Below, piece by piece: positions 13,645-25,179 of a stretch of DNA of 64,000 bases. Source of the stretch: Sarea resinae (taxonomy: Eukaryota); NCBI GenBank assembly GCA_026026165.1, contig JAPEUD010000038.1:124001-188000 (forward strand). Direction: 5' to 3'. Position 1 is the first letter of the stretch; each line of letters opens with the position of its first letter. A program made the translations under genes and the position numbers. The notes under the pieces are model-generated. The model was not told where the DNA came from, did no database searches, and saw only the letters and a list, made by a program, of their open reading frames with translations.

Positions 13645-14637
13645 GACGAGAAAGAGGATTGCTGATCTCAGGCTGTCGAGCTTGACTCGATATCAATTTG
13701 AAGTTCAGTAAACTAGAATGGATCTTCAATCAACATGTGCACTGAGTAAGCTAAGGTACTCTACGCAGACGTGCAATCACCAACGGGCAGACGGATGCAA
13801 TTTGAGGTTCATACTATAGAGTCCCGTCAACTGGTAAGATATATCGATAGTAGTGTTCCCGAGGTGCCCGAAGTCATTACTCCTCCAGCCATGATTCGTT
13901 CTTCGGTGATGGAGACTCCACATCCACTCTTCGAGGGTCTGCTGTGCGGAAACAAGGAATCCATGGATTTCGAGACGAGGAGGTGGCGGTACAGTAGTGG
14001 GGTATCTGCATCGTACTCTCTCTCTTTCATTGGCGATTCTTTGATCGTATCTGCATCGTTCCCCTCAACATGTCAAGTATAATGAGGGGAATGTAGTATC
14101 CTGGTTTGTGAGTCATCTGTGCGGAATGCAAGATAAGCTGCTGCATTCAAATGATCTCGATTGTCCCAATCCGTCTACGATTAGGGGATTTGGAGTCGGC
14201 TGTCGAACTTGAACGCAGGGTCAGATATGGCCATGCGAAAATTCATTGCTGGGAGCTTTCGATAGAATGCAGTGTTGTTCGTTCTATCTATGCTTTTGAC
14301 GCCAAAATTTGAAGTTCTGAATCCGTCCCGAGCACGGACCAATGACACATGACCGATCTCGCGATTCAACATCATCTCCATGAATTGCACAGGAGAGCCG
14401 AGAGCTGCCACGAAGAAAGGGCCATTTTTTGAAGATGTAATTGCCAACAATCTCTCGGATCATGGTCATTCTTCCCACTGAAATCAATGCCGTAGCCCAT
14501 CTCCCTACCACTGACACATTGCTTACCTATGAATGACGTTTGCTGGATCAGTGACTTCCATCCATTTTGAGGGTCTCGGACACTGGAGAAGTAACCCAGT
14601 GTAGATTGCTATCGCAAAGAACGCGACCCCTGGCAGC

Positions 14638-15929
14638 ATGAATCAGTTGCGTCGCAAGAATCTTTTGATCGCGTTCGATGCCTTTGGCACTCTATTTACG
14701 CCTGGTGAACCAATCGCAAAGCAATATGGTGATGTTGCGAGACGGTGCGGCATGACGTCCATTGACAGCGAGGCGCTGCAGTCGTCCTTCTCTTCAGGTC
14801 AGTAGACATCCCTGATAGACCTCTGGAGATAGGTGCAAGGAATTGATTCAGTCTCACAGCATTCAAGGCCGAGTCTCGTCGACATCCTAATTTTGGCAAA
14901 GAGATGGGCATGCAGTCTTTTGATTGGTGGGGAAACGTAAGGCGTCTATTCTTATGGTTTCGTCCCTTTAGTATAGTTGTTGGGTCCGAAAAGAGTTTCC
15001 TTTTGTTCTCTTGAGCCCGATAACTTCAGATTGCCTGTATATGAAAAGGCGGCATTGGTTTCCTCCGAGATAGGCAACCGCCAAGTCCTCTCGATATCAT
15101 TTAATGTCTACGTGCGATGCAATCGAAAGTCGAACTTGATCTTCGTTTTGGGATTAGCAAGAACGAAGTCACTGATGAGACCTTGCTTCAGATCATCAAA
15201 TCAACCTTCAGACCATTCCTACGAGAGGGCCAGCAATTACCAGAGCGTCTCGTCCCAGAGCTCTTGAGGCGATTTTCGACATCCGAAGGATACGATATCT
15301 ACCCCGACGTGATACCCTTCCTCCGAATGATTAGGAATACGAAACAAAATCCCAACGCATCGATGAATTGGCCATGGGATCTGACCGTAGTGGGCGTGAT
15401 TACCAACACAGACAACCGCGTACCTGGAGTTTTGAGAAGCCTTGGCTTAGAGGTCGGTCCCCGGATGATCGGCCAATCCGGATCTCGTACCCAAAAGGCG
15501 CATGTCGATGAAGATATCAGCTTCGTGACGCTGAGCTACGACGTAGGTGCCGAGAAACCAGACCAGCGCATTTTCGACGCCGCGAAGACCCTACTGCAGG
15601 AGACACTTGATAGTGAAGGTCTCGCAGCATCAGCGGGTAAGCACGACGGCGAACAATACTCGGGTCCGTCGCTGGATGCGGAGGACTTCGTGCACCTTTT
15701 CGTTGGCGATGACCTAGAGAAGGATATCCTTGGTGCGCAGGCGGCAGGTTGGAATGGCGTCTTGGTCGACCGAAAGGGAGCCTATGCGGGGTTCTTTCGG
15801 GAGGGACAAAAGATCATCAGGATTTCCACAGACACAAGAAAGCCGGCCAAGGCTGGAAGCAAAGGGGACGTCCTGGTCATCCAAGACTTTTTCGGTCTTC
15901 AAGATTGGAGTCCCTCTGAATTGGAATGA
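14638..15929 (+). CDS. HAD-superfamily hydrolase (HDHD3/REG-2-like), about 324 aa
   Basis: Exons 14638-14797, 14860-14936, 15192-15929 (975 nt). Motif I-like AFDAFGTLF, then VITNTD, EKPDQRIF and FVGDDLEKDILGAQAAGW. Confidence 0.9.
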
Positions 15930-16493
15930 GAACGAGACATGTTGGCGATCAGCCCAACTATGCCTACATACTCCTCACGCCCGACGGATATAAATACCAG
16001 CCTGTATCTCAACGATATAGCCGCAGATGTAACTTTTAGATGGAACAATGGCGTTATGGCATTCAATGCAAGTATCGTCAACCTATCTTCTTCTACCAAG
16101 CAGCATGAAAAATCCTACGCAGGGAAATCCGACTTAAGCAATGCGGACCTGAGATTGGTAAGCCGGTGCATCCCTGGCTGTGTTATTTCGTTCACCTGCT
16201 ACGTCAGTCAACAAACGAAATCGTAACCTTGGAAGGGATAAGGTATATCCATCCACAAATATCTCGAGATCACCTCAACTCCCGCGACATGCCCCTCGAA
16301 GTCCCGAGCTCGATCACTACTATGTACAGCTGAGGTAACTCTCTACTTGGAGAATGCTAAGGGATTGGTAAGAAGATAGAAGCGGACAATGGATACATAT
16401 GACTGGCCAAGAACCAAGATCGGCGTCTTCGTAAGCGGCTTACGCAATCATCAGCAAAGCAGCGGCAGACCCGACCTGGACTACTTTACTCTA

Positions 16494-16822
16494 CATACTC
16501 CGGAGTACTTCAGTAGTCCTCTACTCTACTATACGGAGTACTTACTCGACTCGTACCTCCAGAAGGCAGCCAATGCATGATGATTGTGCGGTGGAGGGGT
16601 CGTGGAAGGATCTCGGAGGGGTCGTGGAGGGACCGAGGTATCGCCATTGCACACAACGAATCACAACAGTACGCTGTACTTTGATGACTGCCGACAATTG
16701 GTCATGGTGGGGCTTGAAAGTCGAATGGTGCGTGCACTCATCAAGATGAGGTCGATTACAAATCACCAGTCCAGAGTAGCGTCATGAACGGGGGCAGATC
16801 GATTGGTCATACTCCGGAGTAC
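16494..16822. promoter_or_regulatory. Two identical 15-mers CATACTCCGGAGTAC containing the palindrome TACTCCGGAGTA, upstream of the NmrA-like gene
   Basis: Copies at 16494-16508 and 16808-16822, with a variant TACGGAGTAC at 16532-16541. The regulatory function is inferred. Confidence 0.45.
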
Positions 16823-17627
16823 ATTCCGTCATGAAGCTTCGAGATGATATAAAGGAGCGGAATAATGACTACTTCAGTATGTGTAGAGTAGGTATGCCAT
16901 TCCGCCCTCGGAGAGCGACTCGGCCATGAATTCAATCCATCAAGATCAACTGAGCTCTGATTCTAGGCCTCACGTTGATCCCCGATGCTGAACCTTGATC
17001 CTGCATGAATCTGCTTAGGGCTTGCTCACTTCCGCCGGGAGCAGTACTTTGTAGTCGTGGTGGTACTGCACTTGGCACCAGAGGCAGATCGAATCACGAC
17101 ATGACATGGCGCGCGGAGAGATTGTGATTACCAAGCGCCCCTTCGAACTTGTCGTGCTGCCCTGATTGCTGCGGACTTGCTCGATTGGTCACTCGCGTGC
17201 TGAGCCTTGGAGCCATCGAGGGATCTGGGGGCCACCTCTGTGCCGGACAACGTGCTGAATTGGTAAGGTGGGGTACCTGAGCTACGAGTACCCTCCTCGA
17301 GCTGAAAGGTGCCGTCGGCATATGTCGGCGCCCCGTTGACGGCAGACCTCAAGTGTAGCTGTAGTACTCGATCTAGAGCGGAAGAGAACTGGCAACCACC
17401 TTGTCAGTGTGCTTACGCCATGTGGGGTCGAGGTGGTGTTGCTCGGGCGTCCTCTCGTGAGACGGATGGATATAAATGATATAAATGATGCTGGAGTGCA
17501 TGCTATCGTGGAGCTCCATCTCCATCCCTACGGACAGACCAATTGACCCACAAGCCTACCTACTTGCATCATCTGCAATACTCGTTCCCATCCAGCTGAC
17601 AGATTACTCCTTCGACTCAATCGCAAC

Positions 17628-18641
17628 ATGGCAGCAATCAAGAATGTCGTTGTCATTGGGGTCAGTACCTTCGTCTCAGATCTCATCGACCTCGATTCGA
17701 GACAACGCTTCCGAGCATGCACTGACTTTCCATCCAGGCCGGCGGCAATGTAGGCCCTCATGTTCTGTCTGCCCTCCAATCGGCCAAGTTCAACGTCACC
17801 GTCCTCAGCAGAGAAAGCAGTTCGGCCACGTTTCCCTCGGATGTCAAGGTGCACAAGTCCGACTACAGCCATGCATCTCTGGTATCCATCTTCAAGGGCC
17901 AGGATGCTATCGTGTCACCTGTGGCATCCGCGGCTGTCCCCGAGCAAAAGAAGTTCATCGATGCAGCCGTTGAGGCTGGTGTCAAACGTTACATTCCCGG
18001 CGACTTTGGCAGTGATACCACCGACCAGAAGGTTCTGGACGTGGTGCCGGTCTTGGGACCGAAGAAGGATGTGCTGGATTATCTAAAGTCAAAGGTTGAT
18101 TCGGGCCTTACGTATACCGCTATTGCCAATGGTGCTTTCTTCGACTGGGTAAGCTCCTGCATTGCACTCACTCACTGCATGCCGATTGTTAACCTTCCTT
18201 TAGGGTCTTCAAGTCGGCTTTCTGGGCTTCGACCTCAAGAACCACACTGCTAGGTTGTTCGACGACGGCTCCCAGAAGTTCTCCGCCACAAATCTTCCCA
18301 CCGTCGGCCGAGCGGTCGCCGCTGTGCTCGAGAAACCCGCCGAAACGGCAAACAAGTTCCTCTTCATCCGCTCCGTCACCACCTCTCAGAAGGAGATTCT
18401 TGCCGCGTTGGAGAAGGCCACGGGAAAGAAGTGGGAGGTGACAAAGGTGGATTCCAAGGAGGAGTTGAAGATCGGACAGGACAAGCTGGCCAAGAGCGAT
18501 TTCTCGGGCGTTTTGAATCTGCTTGCTGTCTCCATCTATGGGTTTACCGGCTTATGCGATTTTGAGAACAAGGGACTTAGTAACGAGCTTCTGGGCCTGC
18601 CGAAGGAGACTGTCGAGGGGACCGTTGCTAAGCTTGTTTGA
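17628..18641 (+). CDS. NmrA-like / isoflavone-reductase-like NAD(P)-binding oxidoreductase, about 293 aa
   Basis: Exons 17628-17660, 17738-18148, 18204-18641 (882 nt). Rossmann motif VVVIG|AGGNVG, then IDAAVEAGVKRYIPGDFG and ANGAFFDW|GL. TATAAA twice at about 17471-17485. Confidence 0.92.
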
Positions 18642-19397
18642 GAGATCAGTCTCACAACTTCAATAGCATAAGATCTCTTTACCTCCTGATATTCATTCGA
18701 AATAGCTATTTTCTCGTAGCTGGAATGATGATGATTATGATCATGGCCACGGAATACCATTTCGAGCTTACAATTGTGCAATGGTATTGTTAAGGGCTTG
18801 GACTAGACCTTTCGCTCCGGCAGTCAGCACCATGTTGTCAGCACGTTGTTTCCCTGCAAGCGCCCGTCTGACGTAAGACCCTTATTCAAGACGATGGCTG
18901 CATCTCAACGTGTAATACTATCATGCCAGACCGTAGCGTGAACAGCACCCTTCAGAGATCGCGATTTTTAAAAGACCGGCATCATCAAGAATGTGCCCTC
19001 GATATGCCTCTCGCAATGCACGATTGCAAGAATCAGGATCTCATGTCTTATCGATCTTATCGATGCCTGGGCTAGTCAGCCGAGGTTCGTCGGTTCAGGC
19101 TAGAGGAATGAATGACGCATTGGACAGACGCCATGGATGGGATCGCCTCGTGCAAGGGGGCCAGCACCATGTCGATTTTCCTGATTCTCTGGATAGACTG
19201 CTAGATTCCTGAATATCGTTTGCATTTTCATTTATGGCACGAGCGGGCGGGTGGTAAAATCACGCATATGGTCTGATAGATTCCCCTGCTTTCTATTCTC
19301 TCGCATCGCATCGCATCGCATCTCGCATCTTTCACAGCGCGCGCGCATTCGCCCACGGCCACACCTTCAAGTCCAGGGTATCTCTATTCTCAGCATC

Positions 19398-21138
19398 ATG
19401 GATACCTCGCCCTCGGGTCTGTTCAAGGCCTTGGTCCCTAAGGTTCCCTATATGGTCAAGACGGCACTCTGGCATTCGCTGTCCCTGAGCCCGACATCGC
19501 GCGTCTGGGACTTGCGCACGGAAATGACAATCAAGATCCTCCGGGCCTTTGTGGCTACGACGTCGCATCCGTCGTCGATCTCGGAGCAGCAGCGGCTGAG
19601 TCTCAAGGACCCCGGCGTCAAAGGTCCGATATGGATATCGAGGGTGACGATCCCCGTGGACGAAAAGGGGGACGAGATTAGGAAGCTGGTCTTTGGCGCT
19701 ATTGATGACTTGGCTGAAGAGGAGGAGATGAAGGACTACCCGAAACCGGACCTGGTGCCCGTGGAGGCGGAATGGACGGGCTATAGGTCTGGAGTGGATG
19801 CGCATGAGCCCGAGCCCGTCGGTATGGCGGAGGAGGAGAAATACAAGCGGCTGATGGACGAGGTCCAGAGTGACGTGACGGTTCTCTATTTCCACGGCGG
19901 GGCCTACTAGTGCGTCTTCTTCTCTTTCTCTTTCTCTTCGCATCATGCATATCACGCACGAGACCCTACTCTTCCGCTGACTTGAACGACGTGCTTGCTT
20001 GCACAACAGCCTACTCGACCCGGCCTCGCACCGCCCGCACACCTCGCGCCTCGCGAAACTGACCCATGGCCGCGTCTTCTCCGTCCGCTATCGTCTGGCG
20101 CCCCAACACCCCTTCCCGGCCGCCCTCATGGACGCCCTAGTCGCCTATCTCGCGCTGCTCTATCCGCCGCCGGGATCCCTGCACGCCGCGGTGCCGGCGT
20201 CGAAGATCGTGTTCGCAGGCGACAGCGCCGGCGGCGGACTGGTGTATTCACTGATCCAGCTCCTGCTACAGCTAAACCGTACGGTCGAGGCCAACGCCAC
20301 TAAGCCCGGCCTCCCATCCCACGGCCAAAACAAAACCTCCACCACCACCGCCGCTCTCCCCTTCCCGCTCCCCCTCCCCTTACCAGCCGGCCTCGCCACC
20401 AACTCGCCCTACCTCGACCTCACGCGCTCGCTCCCCTCGCTCGAAACAAACGCCCGCTACGACTACCTGCCCCCGCCCTCCCTGACACACAAGACATACT
20501 TCCCGCCCTGCGCGGCGTGGCCCGCGTCACCGCCTCGCGCAGACCTCTACGCGCCCACCACCGCGCTCCTGACGCACGCGCTGGTGTCGCCGCTCGCGGC
20601 CCGCAGCTGGGCCCGCGCTCCTCCCATGGCCGTCGTCTACGGCCAGGAGCTGCTGAGCGACGAGATCGAGGCGCTGGCCGGCTGGGTCATGGACGCGGCG
20701 GCACCACCAGGAGCCCCGTGGACCGTGCGCGTCAGGAAGTACGAGGCCATGCCCCATTGCTTCGCCATGGTTCTGCCCGCCCATCCGGCTTCCGCCGCTT
20801 GTTTCGACTTCTGGGCCGCTTGCATCGTGGATTTCGTGCGGCGTGCTGATGCTTCTGCTTCTTCTCCTACTTCTGCTCCCAACACCTCCACCTCCAATAC
20901 CACCAATACTACCACCCCTCCAACTTCTGCTACCACTCCTCCTCCTCCTTCTACAACATCATCATGGACCATCGCCCGTGCCCCCAGCGGATCCATCGAA
21001 CCTTTCTCCCCCAGCGGACCTGGCGGACCTGGCGGGAAAATATGGGATCATGCCGACGTGCTATCACGCATGCAGGACGCGAGGAGGAAGAGAGAGCTGG
21101 GGCTTGAGACGGCGGCCAAGGAGGGGCTGATGTTTTAG
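19398..21138 (+). CDS. Alpha/beta hydrolase fold-3 (HSL-family) esterase, Say1-like, about 546 aa
   Basis: Exons 19398-19909 and 20010-21138 (1641 nt). Oxyanion motif YFHGGAY|Y, then YRLAPQHPFPAAL, nucleophile elbow GDSAGG, and YEAMPHCF carrying the catalytic His. Confidence 0.9.
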
Positions 21139-21619
21139 ATATTTTTTTCCATTGATTTGGGGTCTGAGGGATGGACTGTGAGGGTGGGGTGGTTGTCTAG
21201 ATAGGAGCGGGGAGTGATGGACTGGGGTGGGTTGGGGTGGGGTGAAAAGGGAGGCGAGAGAAAAGGATGGAGGTGGAGGGGGGAAGGTGAGAGGGATAGG
21301 GGAGGACAGGGGGAGGACAGAGGGGGATGATCGTGTATATTTGCTATGGAACGAGATATGAGATAGAGCTGATGAATTGATTGATTGATGGGTGTAAAAA
21401 TATCCTATTATTGCTGGATCTTGTGGGTTTTGGATTTTGGGATTTGGGGTTTTTGGACTGAGGTTCTTGGCCGGTTATGTGACTATTTGCTTTTCGCTCC
21501 TCTCTCCTCTCCTCTCCTCTCCTCTCCTCCTCTCCTCTCCTCCGCTTTCTTCCCCTTCCCTATTCCACCTCACCAGTCTCCCCCAAGCCCCATCAATACC
21601 TCCCCTCAATACCCCCCCT

Positions 21620-22801
21620 CTAATACCTCCCCCTCTCCCTCTCCCTCTCCTTCTCCCTCTTCAACCGCTCATACTCGACCACCCGCCCCGCGCCCAAGAA
21701 CTCCAACAGCACCAACAATTTCGCCATCTTGGCCGCGTGGGCTGACGAGCGCGCGGTCGACGAGGAGCCGTAGACTGCTGCCGTTGCCGCTGCCGCCGAT
21801 GAGAATGATGATGAGAATGAGGACGAGGAGGAGGAGGAGGAGGGAGGAAGGAGGGGCGGGGAGAGAGGGAGGTGGTAGGCTTGCAGGATGCGCTCGAGTT
21901 GGGAGGCTGCGTGTCCGGGCCGGAGGGGGGGGAGTGTTAGTTGGGTCTCGTTTGGTCTGGTCTGGTTTGGTTTGGTTGATGGGCTTGGGGTGCGTGGGTG
22001 CTGCGAGGGGAGGGGAGGGGGTGTGGTGTGGTGTGGGGAGTGGGGGAGGTGAAAAGGGGGGGAGAAAGTGGAGAACGAGACAGGAGGGGACGGGACGAAA
22101 CAAGACGAGACGAGAGAGTGATTACTCACCCTCCAGAATCCGGACCTCCTCGACCGTACGCGGGAACTGGAAATCCGCCGGAAACCGACCGTCGACGCAG
22201 ATTTTCGGATGGAGTTGGCTGTACGATGACTTATGGCCCACGGTGCTGTTTGCTAGAGATACCGCGAGGTTGGTTCTGTTGATTTTCCGGCCCCCTCCGC
22301 CCCCCGTTAATCATTAACAAATAAAGATAGATGAAAGAGACCAGAAAGGAATGCTTGGGGGTTTTTGAAACTCTCGGTTTGCATGGATGGATGGATGGAT
22401 GGATGGATGGATGGATGGATGGATGGATGGATTACTGCATACCTCCTTACTAGATCGGAGAGCGCCATCTCCGATTGTGCATTGCCGGCCGAATACATGC
22501 TCATGCCTAGTTCGCCGCCGCCGCCGCCGCCGCTCTCGCCGCAGCAATAGCCGGCTGGATACGGGCTTCGAGCTCGTTGTTGCATGATGCCGCCACCGCC
22601 GCCGACGCCTCCACGATGCGAGCTCAGTGAGAAGTAATCCGTGTCGACGCCCAGACGGGCATGTTGCATGGCCTCTTCAAAGTCGGCTCTGCTGCCTTGG
22701 CCCCCGCCGCCGAGAGACAGCGTGCGGGCGTCGAGTCCGTAGAGAGGGGTGCTGGGCAGGGAACGGTAGGATTCCGAGGGGTGCGGGCGCAGGAGCGACA
22801 T
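21620..22801 (-). CDS. Hypothetical protein (about 263 aa) with a C-terminal domain resembling Mug135-like C-terminal (DUF1773)
   Basis: Exons 22801-22443, 22275-22130, 21906-21620 (792 nt), donors GTATGC and GTGAGT. Spliced sequence ...[27 protein letters not shown]...[10 protein letters not shown]. The domain call is from pattern recall only. Confidence 0.7.
22383..22430. repeat. (ATGG)12 microsatellite in intron 1 of the 21620-22801 gene
   Basis: Read directly from the sequence. Confidence 0.95.
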
Positions 22802-24229
22802 GTTTGTTTCGTGGAGGCGTAGAAAGTGTTGTAATTGAAGACGGCTTGTTTTCGATGGGTGCGCGATGGTCCTGGTGATCTGAGGCCTGGCTGGATGATG
22901 ATGCGGGACAGAGAGGGAGGGTAGAAGACAAGAACGGACGTGTTTGAGAGGAGAGACTTGGATGAGAAGAAGAGAGGAAAGTGTAGTTTAAGAACACCGG
23001 ACTGGGAGTATCTGTATCAGACCGACATGCGAGAAGAATATCGAAAACACTCCTCTGAGGCTTCGTGTCCGGCTCCGGCCATGCTGTTCATGTTGCGCTT
23101 ATACGCACCCCACGCCCAAGCAAACAAAACACACCTGCTTGGTATTCCTACCCACTAGCAATACTGGCCCCATCGTCATGTGTCCTGATGCAGTTATTCA
23201 CTTGCCAATACGAATCATCATGATCTTGTTGTACCCCTCCCCGCCTTCTCTTGGGCCGCCAGCGCATCTGTCGGGAAGCTGCAGCGTACATTAGCCACAA
23301 GCCATGAGGCACCAGAAGAGGGTTTGCCATGTTATTTTGACATGACGCTGTGATAGTTACCATCGCAAAATACTACCTTTTCAGGTCAATGTTTTGTTGT
23401 ACACGTTGCGAGTAACTCTTGTCACAGTCATGGTTACCTGTCATGGTGGCTTGCGATTGTAAGGCTGGCTTGCATTGCAGCTTGATGGCGATAGAAGGGT
23501 CTCCGGATTGCTTGACACTTGCTTCTTGAACTCTTCTCCAGAACGGGACGGTGGCCTGATGGCCGATACATCGGTCCCTCGATCGCCTAGAAGGATGCAA
23601 GTCAAGAATAGCAACAATGCAGCGGTTACACAAAGGTTTTCGCTGTGAGAAGGCTGCGAGTGGAGGACTTTGTAAGTTCTTCTATTGATTGAGTCGAGAT
23701 TCTAACTGATCGAGTCGGCAGTATTGCCGGCGATGGCTCGCGACATGATCTGTAACCTGTTCTCACTTTGTCATGGTTCTCACGACCTTCAAGTCATCGG
23801 GGAGACGGGAGAGGCTCTATAGAGCCAAGAAAAGGCCAGTGGTGCTTGTCCCTTTTCCTCAATCCGTACCCAATGCATGAACATATCCGCATATCCCTCA
23901 CCATCCCTCCAGTGTCCTGTCTCGATCATGGCCGGACTTCCAGAGTTGAGGGGCCAGCCGCCATGTCCCGTGAAATTCAAGAGCCGGTCTAGAACAGAAT
24001 GAAGATGACCCAGTCCATCGCAAGCCCTGATTATGTTTGCTCATGCTTCGATGCTTCGATTGGTGTATGACTCGCTAGGACCGCAAAGTAAACGCTCGCT
24101 CGGAGTATGCAAGAGAAAAAGCAGCCTGATGTGCTTGCAGCGCATCGGAAGTACATGAAAAGCAATCGGCCGTGGCGATCGTAACGCTATATCAATCGAT
24201 CGATAGATGGTTTCTTTCCCGCGATATTC

Positions 24230-24668
24230 TCATCCATTCTGCTCGGCTTCGACCGCATCATCCCGCCTCGTTTCTGCCTTGCCCTCGACGTTTCGCCTGC
24301 GAAGATCTTCCCGCCCAGGGGGCTCGTCAGTGGAAGGCTTATTGAGATGAAGGTTTCGAGGCCGTCCACTCGGTCTCTCCGTCAGGCTTGGAGCTCTGGG
24401 CCGTTGTCGGCCTCTTGCTCTGCCCCCCACGAAGGGTATCTCGTAGGCCACCGAGCGCCAGCTGTAGAGAAGAATGTCGTAGACGATGAGTAGGGCCCAC
24501 GGGCCTATCGTAATCAATCCAAGGAGTAGCTAAGGCAAAGTAAGCCGAGTTCGCCCGTGGTGACCTTGGTATTGGCACGCAGATCGATCGGGCTGGACTT
24601 ACAAAAATGCGCACGGCCCACGTCTCGAAATAACTCAGATGGTCTGGTAAGATGGAGCACCAAGACAT
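24230..24668 (-). CDS. Small fungal membrane hypothetical protein, 121 aa
   Basis: Exons 24668-24603 and 24529-24230, intron GTAAGT...TAG. Gives MSWCSILPDHLSYFETWAVRIF|LLLGLITIGPWALLIVYDILLYSWR...GGRARGRQRPRAPSL. Confidence 0.8.
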
Positions 24669-25125
24669 GCTCGCAGATGATCAATCCGGTGCAGAAGAGA
24701 TGGCTTTTTCATGAAACCTCTGACGGAAGACGTAGAAAGGCTGGAGCTCTCGTGGCGCAGCAGTGGCCAGGAAACGCTCCTGGTGATAGCTATGCCGATC
24801 GGGAAGGTAGGCAGGTAATCGGGTGATTGGCGAAAAAGCAAACGGATCACGACCGATCGGGTCGAGTCAACGTCCACTGACGATGGCAATGCAAAAGTTG
24901 ACTGTGGTCCTCTGTTCCCAATCGACCATCACTACATCGTACTGTCTCGAGTTGGCTTTGCTGGGTGGAAAGAAGCTCGAGGTGGGAGGTGGTCACATAG
25001 GGTTGGAAAGTTCTCGGCGGGTGCCGTTCATCGATGGCTGTGGCTCGTGGCTCGGAAACACCAGCGGCGTGAACGGCGTCAACGAGATCAATTCACTCGT
25101 ATCGTTGACCGGACAGGGAGGTATT

Positions 25126-25179
25126 CACGTTGTTCACATTGTTCACATTGTTCACATTGTTCCTATTGTTCACATTGTT
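25126..25179. repeat. 9-bp tandem repeat (CACATTGTT)x6, imperfect
   Basis: cacgttgtt cacattgtt cacattgtt cacattgtt cctattgtt cacattgtt, in the divergent intergenic region. Confidence 0.95.

Noticed and set aside
18627..18641. NmrA-like protein ending ...AKLV
   Set aside because: AKL is not terminal, and I saw no readthrough context or splice variant that would expose it as a PTS1.
21385..22317. 310-aa plus-strand ORF
   Set aside because: Produced by low-complexity repeats antisense to the spliced 21620-22801 gene.
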